Assembly (NCBI GenBank): GCA_024402125.1
Contig: JAKSJT010000001.1
Coordinates: 1-40,868 of the forward strand
Source of the DNA: Bacteroidales bacterium
GTDB lineage: Bacteria; Bacteroidota; Bacteroidia; Bacteroidales; UBA932
Length of the DNA: 40,868 bases
Reading direction: 5' to 3'
Shown one piece after another: positions 10,400 through 20,361 of this stretch. Position numbers and translations under genes: made by a program. The first letter of the stretch is position 1; each line of letters begins with the position of its first letter. Below the pieces are notes generated by a model, which had not been told where the DNA came from, made no database searches, and saw nothing but the letters and a program-made list of their open reading frames with translations.

Positions 10400-10867
10400 A
10401 TGATGCAATCTTTTTGTCGGAACATCCTGCTAGTTTGTCTTGCCGTCATATGCATGGCATCATGTAGAAGGCCTCAGAGCGATGAGAGTTTTGTCCTTTC
10501 GTCAAAGGCCGCTGAGATGGGTGGCTATATCTTTGACGTTGACATGGCAGATTCGTTATGCACATACGACATGTCATTCTATGCAAGGGTGGATCATCCC
10601 AGAAACAAGGAGACAGAGTTGCAGGACTATCCTATGTATCTAGTCTGGACTTCTCCAAGTGGAACAATGCGTGCTCTTACAGTTTATATGGACATGACTG
10701 CCGCCACTAGTCCGACTTATTTCTCAAAGCAGATAGTCATCCCATTTATGGAGGATGTGGTTCCGGAGGAATTTGGAATGTGGCAGCTTAAAGTGTCAGC
10801 AAATGAAGTCCTCTCTGATCTGGGTCTGCGTGGTCTAGGCCTTGTTGTAAAAAGAAATACTCACTAA
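10400..10867 (+). CDS. GldH-like lipoprotein
   Basis: Lipobox MASC, about 155 aa, C-terminal G..GLGLVV; the position after holB-ricT matches the conserved Bacteroidota gldH context, but the sequence is divergent. Confidence 0.55.
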   Translation: MMQSFCRNILLVCLAVICMASCRRPQSDESFVLSSKAAEMGGYIFDVDMADSLCTYDMSFYARVDHPRNKETELQDYPMYLVWTSPSGTMRALTVYMDMTAATSPTYFSKQIVIPFMEDVVPEEFGMWQLKVSANEVLSDLGLRGLGLVVKRNTH

Positions 10868-10881
10868 TTATATATCCTTTT

Positions 10882-11727
10882 ATGGGACACGGAAAACTTA
10901 AAAAGTTCAAGGAAAACGAAACCTTCAAATGCCTCCTTCAGCCGGATGCTGCATCTGTAATGGACAAGACAGAGGATAATTCTGGGCTTGTACTCAAAGA
11001 TCATCCAATCAAGGGCCAGTGGGCATCTGAGATGTTCGCAGCAGCAAACCCGCTTGTTGTTGAGCTTGGCTGCGGAAAAGGCGAGTATACAATTGACCTG
11101 GCTAGAAGAAACCCTGACTTCAACTATGTAGGAGTTGATATCAAGGGAGCCAGACTTTGGAAGGGAGCTAAGGAGGCAACAGAGACAGCAATGCCAAATG
11201 TAGCTTTCCTAAGAACAAGAGTAGAGTTCATTGAAGCATTCTTTGCACCAAGTGAGGTGTCAGAGATCTGGCTTACCTTCTCGGATCCGCAGATGAAAAG
11301 CGAGAACTGCAGACTCACAAGTCCGCTGTTTTTGAAGCGTTACAGAAATATCCTCAAAAAGGGTGGTATCATTCACCTTAAGACAGACAGCATGTTCCTT
11401 CACCAGTACAGTAAGGCAATCGCAGAGCAGAACGGTCTGAGGATTCTGGCATGCACAGAGGATCTTTATGGAACAGACAGACAGTCTCTCTATGAGAGTG
11501 AGATGGCATCTGTTTGTGGAAAAGATGCAATTGATGCCCTCTTTGGCGTAAGAACTTTCTATGAGAACATGTTCTTGTCTCAGGGATACAAGATCACTTA
11601 TCTGAGCTTTGTGATTGATAAGGATGGTGACTACATCTATCCTGAGTTCGATGCAAAGTATTGGAGAGAGGTTGAAGGTCCTAGGAGATCATTCGGGCAT
11701 CATAGAGGAGGAACCCCTGAGGAATAA
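10882..11727 (+). CDS. trmB: tRNA (guanine-N7)-methyltransferase
   Basis: ELGCGKGEY SAM-binding motif, GVDIKGARLW, FSDPQ, HLKTDS. Confidence 0.95.
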   Translation: MGHGKLKKFKENETFKCLLQPDAASVMDKTEDNSGLVLKDHPIKGQWASEMFAAANPLVVELGCGKGEYTIDLARRNPDFNYVGVDIKGARLWKGAKEATETAMPNVAFLRTRVEFIEAFFAPSEVSEIWLTFSDPQMKSENCRLTSPLFLKRYRNILKKGGIIHLKTDSMFLHQYSKAIAEQNGLRILACTEDLYGTDRQSLYESEMASVCGKDAIDALFGVRTFYENMFLSQGYKITYLSFVIDKDGDYIYPEFDAKYWREVEGPRRSFGHHRGGTPEE

Positions 11728-11730
11728 TAA

Positions 11731-11775
11731 AGAAGAAAATGGAGCGGATTAATAATCACGCTCCATTTCTCTTCT
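11731..11775. terminator. Probable bidirectional terminator hairpin between convergent trmB and smpB, with one arm inside the smpB 3' end
   Basis: AAATGGAGCG (11737-11746) pairs with CGCTCCATTT (11759-11768); pyrimidine-rich tails on both strands. Confidence 0.6.
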
Positions 11776-12201
11776 AATATCTTTCTCTTTAATAGTCTGA
11801 CGCTTGTCGTACTCTTTCTTACCCTTTGCAAGAGCAATAAGAAGTTTTGCGTATCCGTTCTCGGCAATGAACATTCGGACGGCAACGATTGTTATACCCT
11901 TCTGCTTGACATCATTGGCAAGGCCCTTGAGCTCTTTCTTTGTCAGAAGAAGTTTTCTGTCTCTGGCAGGCTCGTGCTGACCCCATGATCCCCAGAAGTA
12001 CTGAGCGATGTTCATTCCTCTGACGTACAGCTCTCCGCCACTGAAGTAGCAGAATGCATCAGACAATGACGCTTTGCCGGCACGAACTGACTTGATTTCA
12101 GTTCCGCTTAGTACAATACCGGCAGTGAAGGTCTCCAGAAACTCGTAGTCAAAAGAGGCCCTTCTATTATTAATCTGTATCTTGCTTTTTGCCTTTGGCA
12201 T
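11749..12201 (-). CDS. smpB: SsrA-binding protein SmpB
   Basis: [32 protein letters not shown]. Confidence 0.97.
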   Translation of the reverse strand: MPKAKSKIQINNRRASFDYEFLETFTAGIVLSGTEIKSVRAGKASLSDAFCYFSGGELYVRGMNIAQYFWGSWGQHEPARDRKLLLTKKELKGLANDVKQKGITIVAVRMFIAENGYAKLLIALAKGKKEYDKRQTIKEKDIRREMERDY

Positions 12202-12212
12202 AATCTCAAATT

Positions 12213-13181
12213 TTAAACTTCAGTCCAGTGGATAGTAATACCTTTTTTCTCCATTCCACGGAACCAGGTCATCTGGCGCTTGGCGAACTGATGAATCGCA
12301 TTGGCAAGCAGCGTTCTCATTGTCTCCAGATCCAGAATGCCTAGAATATGCTGGGTAACGAACTTGTATTCCAGTCCATATGACATCAGTATTTCTGAAT
12401 CCACACCCTTGTCAAGAAGCGACTTCACTTCATCAACCATTCCTTCCTTGATACGTTCGTCAAGTCTACGGTCAATCTTTGCTGTTCTTACTTCTCTTGA
12501 AACAAGAGTTCCAATGTAGAATGCGTTCTTTGGCTTGTAGTCGGACTTTATGATTGTATGCTCGTTCTCGTACTCTGCAATCTCAATGGCTCTGACGAGT
12601 CTTCGCTTTGAATCAAATGAGTAAGGATCTGATTCGGGACGAAGATCGGTCAGCATCTTTGCCAAGTCCTCAAAACTTTTGCTTTCAAGCTCATCTCTTT
12701 TATCATAGTCAGGAGGAAGCTGGGGAAGGGAATATCCTTCAATAGCCGCCTGAATATAAAGACCTGTTCCACCACAGAGGATAGGTATACATCCTCTACG
12801 CTTTATATCAGCATATGCTTTCTCAAAATCCCTCTGATATTCAAAAAGGGTGTATCTTGTTCCGGCCTCTTCAATATCAATCATGTGGTACGGAATCTCT
12901 CCGTATTCACAAAGGTCCTTGCCTGTTCCGATATCCATTCCTCTGTACACCTGACGGGAATCTGCTGAGATGATTTCGGCAACCGGCTTTTCGCAAAGCT
13001 CGTTAATTTCTCTTGCAAGTGCAACGGCATATCTGGTTTTTCCAGAAGCAGTTGGTCCTAAAACGCAAATAATATCAATGCTTCCGGAGTTATAGGACTC
13101 CAGAAGCGATTGTACATCGATAATCTCGGGATCAGGAAGATCAGCAATGACCGGGATTATAGGTTTGCGCTTTTTGCTCAT
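12213..13181 (-). CDS. miaA: tRNA dimethylallyltransferase
   Basis: [39 protein letters not shown]. Confidence 0.95.
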   Translation of the reverse strand: MSKKRKPIIPVIADLPDPEIIDVQSLLESYNSGSIDIICVLGPTASGKTRYAVALAREINELCEKPVAEIISADSRQVYRGMDIGTGKDLCEYGEIPYHMIDIEEAGTRYTLFEYQRDFEKAYADIKRRGCIPILCGGTGLYIQAAIEGYSLPQLPPDYDKRDELESKSFEDLAKMLTDLRPESDPYSFDSKRRLVRAIEIAEYENEHTIIKSDYKPKNAFYIGTLVSREVRTAKIDRRLDERIKEGMVDEVKSLLDKGVDSEILMSYGLEYKFVTQHILGILDLETMRTLLANAIHQFAKRQMTWFRGMEKKGITIHWTEV

Positions 13182-13184
13182 CTG

Positions 13185-14507
13185 CTAGAGGTTGAAAGCT
13201 TCCTTGACCTTGTCTACAGAGTCGAGAAGCTCCCATCCGAAGAACTGAACAGGCTTCTCAACCTCCTTGCCGTCACGGACGAGTTTAAGAACCTTTACAT
13301 ATGGCTCTCTTCCAAGGTGACCATAAGAAGCTGTTGGCTCATAGATAGGGTTCTTTAGTTGGAACTTTTCGATAATCTTAGCAGGGCGAAGGTCGAAGAT
13401 TGTATTTACCTTCTCTGCAATCTCACCATCTGTAAGGCCGTTCTTAGCTGTACCGTATGTGTTGACAAATACACTTACAGGCTTAGCGACACCGATAGCA
13501 TAAGCAAGCTGGACAAGAACTTCGTCAGCAACACCTGCTGCTACAAGGTTCTTTGCAATGTAGCGAGCTGCATAAGCAGCTGAACGGTCAACCTTGCTTG
13601 GGTCCTTTCCTGAGAATGCGCCACCACCGTGTGCACCCTTGCCACCATATGTATCTACGATAATCTTACGTCCTGTAAGACCTGTGTCTCCATGAGGACC
13701 TCCGATTACGAACTTTCCTGTTGGGTTGACATGGAGAATGTAGTCACCCTTGAAAAGGGCTGCAGTCTCTTCTGGAAGCTGCTCCTTGATCTTAGGGAGA
13801 AGGATGTTCTCTACGTCTGTCTTGATCTTTGCCTGCATTGCTGCATCAACTCTAGCCTGTCCGTACTGGCTTACAGCATCAGAATATGACATCTTGCCGA
13901 GCTCGTCTGCAGTGAACTCGTCATGCTGGGTTGAGATTACGATAGTGTGAACTCGTACTGGTCTTCCTGTCTCACCGTCGTATTCGATAGTGAACTGAGA
14001 CTTTGCATCTGGACGAAGGTAAGGCATAAGCTCGATGTTCTTATGTCTGATGTCAGCAAGAGTTCTAAGTGCGAGGTGTGAAAGAGAAAGTGCAAGTGGC
14101 ATGTACTCCTTTGTGTCACGGCAAGCGTAACCGAACATCATACCCTGGTCGCCGGCACCCTGCTCCTCAGGGGTCTCTCTTACGACACCTCTATTGATAT
14201 CTTTGCTCTGCTCATGGATTGCAGAAAGCACTCCACAAGAGTTTCCGTCGAACATATATTCAGCCTTGTTGTAGCCGATCTTGTTGATAACGCGTCTAAC
14301 TGTAGTCTGAATGTCAACGTATGCTTCAGATCCTACCTCTCCTCCGACAACTACAAGACCAGTTGAACAGAAAGTCTCACAAGCTACCTTAGACTCTGGG
14401 TCCTGGCGAAGGAATTCATCAAGAATGGCATCAGAAATCTGGTCAGAGACCTTGTCAGGATGTCCCTCAGAAACTGATTCTGATGTAAACAAATAATTCT
14501 TACTCAT
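13185..14507 (-). CDS. metK: S-adenosylmethionine synthetase
   Basis: [28 protein letters not shown]. Confidence 0.99.
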   Translation of the reverse strand: MSKNYLFTSESVSEGHPDKVSDQISDAILDEFLRQDPESKVACETFCSTGLVVVGGEVGSEAYVDIQTTVRRVINKIGYNKAEYMFDGNSCGVLSAIHEQSKDINRGVVRETPEEQGAGDQGMMFGYACRDTKEYMPLALSLSHLALRTLADIRHKNIELMPYLRPDAKSQFTIEYDGETGRPVRVHTIVISTQHDEFTADELGKMSYSDAVSQYGQARVDAAMQAKIKTDVENILLPKIKEQLPEETAALFKGDYILHVNPTGKFVIGGPHGDTGLTGRKIIVDTYGGKGAHGGGAFSGKDPSKVDRSAAYAARYIAKNLVAAGVADEVLVQLAYAIGVAKPVSVFVNTYGTAKNGLTDGEIAEKVNTIFDLRPAKIIEKFQLKNPIYEPTASYGHLGREPYVKVLKLVRDGKEVEKPVQFFGWELLDSVDKVKEAFNL

Positions 14508-14514
14508 ATATATA

Positions 14515-14545
14515 CAAAAATAGCCCCGTTGCTATATGCGGAGCC
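14515..14545 (-). terminator. Candidate intrinsic terminator/attenuator in the metK leader
   Basis: Minus strand reads GGCUCCG-CAUAUAGCAA-CGGGGCU-AUUUUUG, ending a few nt before the metK ATG. Confidence 0.5.
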
Positions 14546-14573
14546 GTAATAAAAACACAAAACACTGATATGA

Positions 14574-14620
14574 TTTTAGCATTTTTTCACGTGGTTGCAA
14601 GCAAAACAAATCTCTCCACA
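14574..14620 (-). ncRNA. SAM-II-class riboswitch aptamer upstream of metK
   Basis: Minus strand UGUGG-AGAGAUUUGUUUUGCUUGCAA-CCACG-UGAAAAAAUGCUAAAA has the P1 GUGG/CCAC, GAUUU...UUGC and 3' AAA..GCUAAAA elements of SAM-II; it sits between a TAnnTTTG box and metK. Confidence 0.85.
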
Positions 14621-14629
14621 AATGTGGTG

Positions 14630-14637
14630 CAAAGGTA
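14630..14637 (-). promoter_or_regulatory. -7 box (TACCTTTG) of the metK-miaA-smpB promoter
   Basis: Exact TAnnTTTG on the minus strand, 9 nt upstream of the riboswitch 5' end. Confidence 0.75.
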
Positions 14638-14701
14638 TATCAAATTTTGAAATTTCACACATATTTCATAAAAAAGTGCAAGAAACTTTATTTCTCCGTT
14701 T

Positions 14702-14709
14702 TATATTTG
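14702..14709 (+). promoter_or_regulatory. -7 box (TATATTTG) for the first TonB-dependent receptor operon
   Basis: Exact TAnnTTTG 55 nt upstream of ATG 14765; divergent from the metK promoter. Confidence 0.65.
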
Positions 14710-14764
14710 TAAGTGAAAAGGTAAAGTTTTTATACCGATTAATAATTGATTATTATAAATATCT

Positions 14765-17700
14765 ATGTCTAAATCTATTAAGCTTTTCATTGCCGTTATT
14801 TCGGCAGTTTTGATGAGTGTAGCAGCTTTTGCGCAGGTTACTACTTCATCAATGAATGGTAAGGTGGCGGACAAGTCAGGTGTGCCAGTTCCCGGTGCAA
14901 CAATTGTCGCTGTCCACACAGCTTCAGGATCACAGTACTATGCTGTGACTAACACTGAAGGACATTATTACATCAACGGTATGCGTTCAGGTGGTCCATA
15001 CAAGGTGGAAATCAGCTGCCTTGGCTACCAGACAATTACTTATACTGATGTTACACTTCCTCTTGCTGAAGTATATGTTCTTAATGCTACTCTCAATGAT
15101 GACGTTGAGATGCTTACAGAGGCTATAGTTATCTCTACCGCATCTACAAAGTTCTCTGCAGAGAAGACAGGTGCTGCAACAAACATTACCAGCAACCAGA
15201 TCAAGACTATCCCTACTATCAGCAGAAGTGTTACAGACATCGCTAAGCTTTCTCCTTATGGAGGAAATGGTATGAACTTCTCCGGTACATCAGGACGTTC
15301 AGCAAACTTCACAGTCGATGGTGCTAACTTCAACAACAACTTCGGTCTTTCTACAAGCCTTCCAGGTGGTGGTAGCCCTATCTCTCTTGATGCTATTGAG
15401 GAGCTTCAGGTAGTTATCTCTCCTTACGATGTCCGTCAGTCAAACTTCATCGGTGGTGGTATCAACGCTATCACAAAGTCTGGTACAAACACATTCAAGG
15501 GAACAGCTTACATTTATCATCGTAATGAGAACATGCGTGGTAACCGTGTAAATGGCAAGGAACTTACCGAGCGTACTACAGACCGTACAACAACATACGG
15601 TTTCTCTCTCGGTGGACCAATTGTTAAGAACAAGCTCTTCTTCTTTGTAAACGGTGAGTATGCTGTAATTCCTTCTTCACTTAACAAGTGGAAGCCTTCA
15701 GTGGATGGTGTTGCTGATGTTGACAAGAACATCTCCCGCGTTACAATTGACGACGCTGAGACTATGAGAAACCATCTTATCAAGACTTATGGATATGACC
15801 CAGGTTCTTATACAAACTATCCTGCCGACAAGACAAACTACAAGATTCTTGCTCGTCTCGACTGGAATATCAATGACAAGCACCATGTAGCATTGAGATT
15901 CAACCACACAAACAATGTGACTTGGTCAATGCCTTCTACATCTAGAGATATTTCTGCATTCCCTTACAGCTCACAGAGCCAGTATGGTATTACATATGCT
16001 AATTCAGCATATTCAATGAACAACAAGATTTCTACTGTTTCTCTCGACTTTAACAGCCGCTTTACAAACAGCCTTTCAAATCAGTTCCTTGTAACTTATT
16101 CAGACGTTGAGGATGTTCGTGGAAGTAACTCAGACTACTTCCCAATGGTAGAAATTGCAGCTGGTGACCTTGGTGAGACAGACATGCCATACATGCTCTT
16201 CGGTTATGAGCTCTTTACTCTTTACAACCGTGTAGGTAACCAGACTCTCACAGTGAAGGACGATATCGCATGGTATAAGGGTGCTCACAAGATTACAGGA
16301 GGTGTCAGCTATGAGCATCAGATGGCACTTAATACATATATGAGAAATGGTACAGGTATGTTCCGTTATGACTCTATGTCAGCATTCATGAACGGTGCAG
16401 CTCCTGTAGCTATGGCATTCGACTGGGGTTACAACGGAAAGGATGACCCATCTGCAGCTGTACGTTTCGCTCAGCTTGGTGCATATGTTCAGGACGAGTG
16501 GAAGCCATTTGACAACCTTAAGGTAAATGCAGGTGTTCGTTTTGATACAATTGGCTTCAACAACAATGATATCATGACAAACAATGCAATTCTCGCTGAG
16601 GATTATGATGGTAAGCATGTAGATACAGGTAAATGGCCTACAACTAATATTCAGATTTCTCCAAGAGTTGGTTTCTCATGGAACATCACCCAGGACAAGA
16701 GCCTTACACTCCGTGGAGGTACAGGTCTTTTCGCTGGTCGTCTCCCTCTTGTGTTCTTCACGAACATGCCAACAAACTCAGGTATGGTCAAGGGTCGTGC
16801 TACACGTATTACAGACAAGAGCCTTCTCCAGAAGTTCGCTGGCGGTCTTGTTACTGACAGAAAGGATATCCTTAACATCCTGAACAGCTACGATCCTAAG
16901 AAGTACCCTACATCTATCACTCCTGAGGATGGTACACTTCCTTCAGAGATTGCAGGTGTTGATCCTAACTTCAAGATGCCTCAGGTTTGGAAGTCTTCAC
17001 TCGCTCTCGAGTATCGTCCAAATGTATCGTTCCCTCTTACAATTACAGCAGAGTATATCTACAACAAGACAATCAATGGTGTCATGCTCTCTAACTGGAA
17101 CATTGAAGAGGATAACTCTGGTTGGGCAACATTCAACGGAGCAGACGGACGTCACATCTATCCATCTTCTTACAGACTCAACAAGACAGACGCATTTGTC
17201 CTTACAAATACAAACAAGGGTTACGGTCATCAGGTGTCACTTGAGATTAAGGCAGAACCGGTCAAGGGTCTCAACATTACAGCAGGTGCATCTCACATCG
17301 TAGCTAAGGAGCTTACAGGTATGCCTGGTTCTAACGCTTCAGCAGCATGGCAGTACATCCCTTCAGTTGAGGGTCCTAACTTCAACAACCTCCATAACTC
17401 TTCATACAATAACCCAGATCGTGGTTTCTTGTCAGTATCTTACACAACTAAGAACGATACCTACAGCCTCTTCTACGAGGCTAACAGATATGGCGGAAAC
17501 AGCTACATGTATGTTAATGATATGAACGGTGACGGTTACGCTTATGACCTTATGTACATCCCTAGAGATGAGTCAGAGATCAGATTCGTAACACCTGAGG
17601 ATGGTGCTCGCTACTGGGCATTTGCAAACCAGGACAAGTACCTCTCAACTCACAAGGGTCAGTACGCAGAGGCTTACGGTCTTACTCAGCCTGTGGTTCA

Positions 17701-18001
17701 TACTGTTGAATTCCACTATGCTCATGACTTCAAGATTAAGGTTGGTAAGAATACAAACACTCTCCAGCTTAACTTTGATATCAATAATCTCATGAACCTG
17801 TTCAACTCATCATGGGGTGTTGCTAAGAACTTCTCTCCAGAGGCACTTTCTGGTAAGATTCTCAAGTACGAATACACAAACAATGAGGGTTATCCAGTAT
17901 ACTCAACACGAGTTGCTGACGGTGCCAAGACATGGGACTACTCTTACACAAGCGGTAACTGCTGGTACATGCAGATCGGTATCAGATATATGTTCAACTA
18001 A
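14765..18001 (+). CDS. TonB-dependent receptor, Oar-like, with N-terminal carboxypeptidase-regulatory-like domain
   Basis: Signal peptide AFA-Q; QVTTSS-M-G-V-D, PISLDAIEE, GGGINAITKSGTN, SPRVGFSW, DMNGDG; C-terminal GIRYMFN. Confidence 0.92.
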   Translation: MSKSIKLFIAVISAVLMSVAAFAQVTTSSMNGKVADKSGVPVPGATIVAVHTASGSQYYAVTNTEGHYYINGMRSGGPYKVEISCLGYQTITYTDVTLPLAEVYVLNATLNDDVEMLTEAIVISTASTKFSAEKTGAATNITSNQIKTIPTISRSVTDIAKLSPYGGNGMNFSGTSGRSANFTVDGANFNNNFGLSTSLPGGGSPISLDAIEELQVVISPYDVRQSNFIGGGINAITKSGTNTFKGTAYIYHRNENMRGNRVNGKELTERTTDRTTTYGFSLGGPIVKNKLFFFVNGEYAVIPSSLNKWKPSVDGVADVDKNISRVTIDDAETMRNHLIKTYGYDPGSYTNYPADKTNYKILARLDWNINDKHHVALRFNHTNNVTWSMPSTSRDISAFPYSSQSQYGITYANSAYSMNNKISTVSLDFNSRFTNSLSNQFLVTYSDVEDVRGSNSDYFPMVEIAAGDLGETDMPYMLFGYELFTLYNRVGNQTLTVKDDIAWYKGAHKITGGVSYEHQMALNTYMRNGTGMFRYDSMSAFMNGAAPVAMAFDWGYNGKDDPSAAVRFAQLGAYVQDEWKPFDNLKVNAGVRFDTIGFNNNDIMTNNAILAEDYDGKHVDTGKWPTTNIQISPRVGFSWNITQDKSLTLRGGTGLFAGRLPLVFFTNMPTNSGMVKGRATRITDKSLLQKFAGGLVTDRKDILNILNSYDPKKYPTSITPEDGTLPSEIAGVDPNFKMPQVWKSSLALEYRPNVSFPLTITAEYIYNKTINGVMLSNWNIEEDNSGWATFNGADGRHIYPSSYRLNKTDAFVLTNTNKGYGHQVSLEIKAEPVKGLNITAGASHIVAKELTGMPGSNASAAWQYIPSVEGPNFNNLHNSSYNNPDRGFLSVSYTTKNDTYSLFYEANRYGGNSYMYVNDMNGDGYAYDLMYIPRDESEIRFVTPEDGARYWAFANQDKYLSTHKGQYAEAYGLTQPVVHTVEFHYAHDFKIKVGKNTNTLQLNFDINNLMNLFNSSWGVAKNFSPEALSGKILKYEYTNNEGYPVYSTRVADGAKTWDYSYTSGNCWYMQIGIRYMFN

Positions 18002-18018
18002 TCTAAAAGTAAGCAATT

Positions 18019-20010
18019 ATGAAACTTAAGCATATTCTTACATCTATCGTAGCTGCTGCATTCGTTTTTGCTGGCTGTGAGGATCAGGTAGAGATTTCAA
18101 CACTTCCAGGTGTAGAGATCTCCAGCTCTGTGGTCGGTTTCGTCACAAATGGCGGAACACAGACCATTACTCTTTCATCGGACCAGACATGGAGTATTGA
18201 CGAAACAAAAATTCCATCATGGCTTACAGTATCTCCTCTTTCAGGTAGCGCTGGAGAGACTACAATCTCTCTTACTGCTGTAGAAAACAAGGGCTCTCAG
18301 AAGGATGTTGAGATCGTCATCAATTTCGCTAACGGAAAGAAGCAGATCATCAAGCTCCTTCAGGATGGTGGTGAACCATCGCCTTCAACATGTAAGGACG
18401 TTATTGATGGCCCAGACGGAGCATCTTATAAGATAACTGGTACAGTTACTTCCATCGCAAATACTCACTACGGTAACTTCTATATGAATGATGGTACAGG
18501 TGAGGTTTACATTTATGGAACATTGGACAAGAAGGGTAATGCAAATTCAAGTTCAAACTCTTATGACAACCTCAATGACGCCAATAATTCTTCAAGCTGG
18601 AGCCTTTCTGTTGGTGATGTGATTACAGTTCAGGGTCCTAAGAAGACATATAACGAAACTGTTGAGCTTGTTGACGTTACTGTTATCAATATCACAAAGT
18701 CTCTTATCTCTGTTGTAGGTAATTCAGAGTATAATGTCCCTAAGGACGAGTCTGACCCTGAAGTTGCTGTCGCTTATAAGGGAGATGACCTCAAGATGAA
18801 GTCAGACGAAAGCTGGATCACAATCTCTAACTTTGAGGTTCGTAATGATACTACATTCGTAAATCTCCACATTGCTGAGAATGCTGAGGATACACGTACA
18901 GGTACTGTTACATTCTCTTCAAGCATCCCAGGACAGGACTCAAAAGCAATTGTTTCTATTACTCAGGCAACAGGTCTTTCAATGTACACACTTCCATTCG
19001 CAGAGGACTTCTCAGCAGGTTTGGGTGCATTCGAGGTTCTTGACATTGTTGCAAGAGAAGATGGTAAGGATACATGGTCTACTGCTTCATATAGCGGTAA
19101 GTTCTACGCTAAGGCTTCTGCATACGGTGCAACAAATGATTCTAAGTCAATGCTCGTATCTCCTAAGATCAGCCTTGCTGGTGTGACTTCTCCAGTTCTC
19201 ACATTCGAGCATGCTGGTAAGTTCGCAACAAACCAGCAGGAGGAACTCACTCTTTGGGTATCTACAGACAACTGTGAGACTTGGACTCAGCTTCTTATCC
19301 CTGAGCATGACAATGCTTATGGCTGGAAGGAGTCAGGAGACATCAGCCTTGCTTCACTTGTTGGTAAGGAGTACTTCAACTTCGCATTCCAGTATTCTGC
19401 TACAGTTGCTAACGCCAGCACATGGGAGATTGCAAACGTTAAGCTTGAGGATAGAGCTGCTTCAATCAAGACAATTGCAGAACTTAATAACTCTGCAGCT
19501 GTAACAGAGGCTGTATTCGAGGCTAACCTTACAGATGCAATCGTTACATATGTAAGCGGAAGCAATGTATTCATTCAGGATGCAACAGGTGGTATTCAGC
19601 TTTACATGAGAGACAGCGGTCTTTCTGCAGGTACAGTGATCAATGGTAAGGTTACAGGTAACATCAAACTTTACGCTGGTTATGCTGAGCTTACTTCAAT
19701 CAATGTTGGTGAAGCTACTCTTACAGAGGGTGAAGTTGCAGCTACAACTATTACTCTTTCTAAGCTTATGAAGGAGTATCTCAGATATCAGAACTGTATG
19801 GTTAAGCTCGAGGGTGTAACTCTTGACAAGACTCTTAACTCAAGTGCAAGAGATGGTGTTCTTTCTCAGGGTGAGGCTACAGTTGCAGCTAGACTTCAGG
19901 ACAAGAACGTCACTATCGAGGCTGGTACTGGTAACTTGATTTGTTTCCCAACAAGATACAATGCTACTCTTCAGGTAGGTCTTTGGACTCCTGATCATTT
20001 CGAGAAATAA
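18019..20010 (+). CDS. Surface lipoprotein: BACON + OB-fold-like + BACON + beta-sandwich (DUF5017/cleaved-adhesin-like) + paired OB-like module
   Basis: Lipobox FAGC followed by acidic EDQ; PSWLTVSP.SG (BACON); GTVTSIANTHYGNFYMNDGTGEVYIYG and IVTYV..VFIQDATGGI (OB-like); LVSPKISL...TWEIANV sandwich. Confidence 0.75.
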   Translation: MKLKHILTSIVAAAFVFAGCEDQVEISTLPGVEISSSVVGFVTNGGTQTITLSSDQTWSIDETKIPSWLTVSPLSGSAGETTISLTAVENKGSQKDVEIVINFANGKKQIIKLLQDGGEPSPSTCKDVIDGPDGASYKITGTVTSIANTHYGNFYMNDGTGEVYIYGTLDKKGNANSSSNSYDNLNDANNSSSWSLSVGDVITVQGPKKTYNETVELVDVTVINITKSLISVVGNSEYNVPKDESDPEVAVAYKGDDLKMKSDESWITISNFEVRNDTTFVNLHIAENAEDTRTGTVTFSSSIPGQDSKAIVSITQATGLSMYTLPFAEDFSAGLGAFEVLDIVAREDGKDTWSTASYSGKFYAKASAYGATNDSKSMLVSPKISLAGVTSPVLTFEHAGKFATNQQEELTLWVSTDNCETWTQLLIPEHDNAYGWKESGDISLASLVGKEYFNFAFQYSATVANASTWEIANVKLEDRAASIKTIAELNNSAAVTEAVFEANLTDAIVTYVSGSNVFIQDATGGIQLYMRDSGLSAGTVINGKVTGNIKLYAGYAELTSINVGEATLTEGEVAATTITLSKLMKEYLRYQNCMVKLEGVTLDKTLNSSARDGVLSQGEATVAARLQDKNVTIEAGTGNLICFPTRYNATLQVGLWTPDHFEK

Positions 20011-20031
20011 TCGAAGATAAATAATTGTCAG

Positions 20032-20065
20032 AAGGGGTGGTAACTATTTGGTTGCCACCTTTTTT
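20032..20065 (+). terminator. Intrinsic terminator
   Basis: GGTGGTAAC-6 nt-GTTGCCACC followed by T6. Confidence 0.85.
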
Positions 20066-20145
20066 GTGATAAATGGTATCAATCATAACGTAAATTGTAT
20101 TAACAACTTAATACGATTTATCATTGCCTTTTGCTCGAAAGTGAT

Positions 20146-20153
20146 TAAATTTG
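20146..20153 (+). promoter_or_regulatory. -7 box (TAAATTTG) for the peptide + fimbrillin-like gene pair
   Basis: Exact TAnnTTTG 52 nt upstream of ATG 20206. Confidence 0.6.
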
Positions 20154-20205
20154 TTAGATATCGTTTGATAGTTTTTAAGAGTAATATATAAAAATTAAGT
20201 TCAAA

Positions 20206-20361
20206 ATGATTCTAAAGAATGCATTCGGCTCTTATGAGTCACCAAACTGTGAGATTCTCTCTTATTCTGTTGAGAATTCTGTATGTGTTGTGGCATCTCC
20301 TGATGCTGGTCAGATCAAGGATATTGATTTTGACGACGAAGATGATTGGGGAACAATTTAA
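20206..20361 (+). CDS. 51-aa acidic peptide with YxxP...E...C..S motif (not in ORF track)
   Basis: MILKNAFGSYESPNCEILSYSVENSVCVVASPDAGQIKDIDFDDEDDWGTI*; A-rich start context, own promoter box, stop 13 nt before the next ATG. Confidence 0.7.
   Translation: MILKNAFGSYESPNCEILSYSVENSVCVVASPDAGQIKDIDFDDEDDWGTI

Noticed and set aside
11749-12212. tmRNA (ssrA) next to smpB
   Set aside because: Flanking gaps are only 21 and 11 nt, leaving no room for it.
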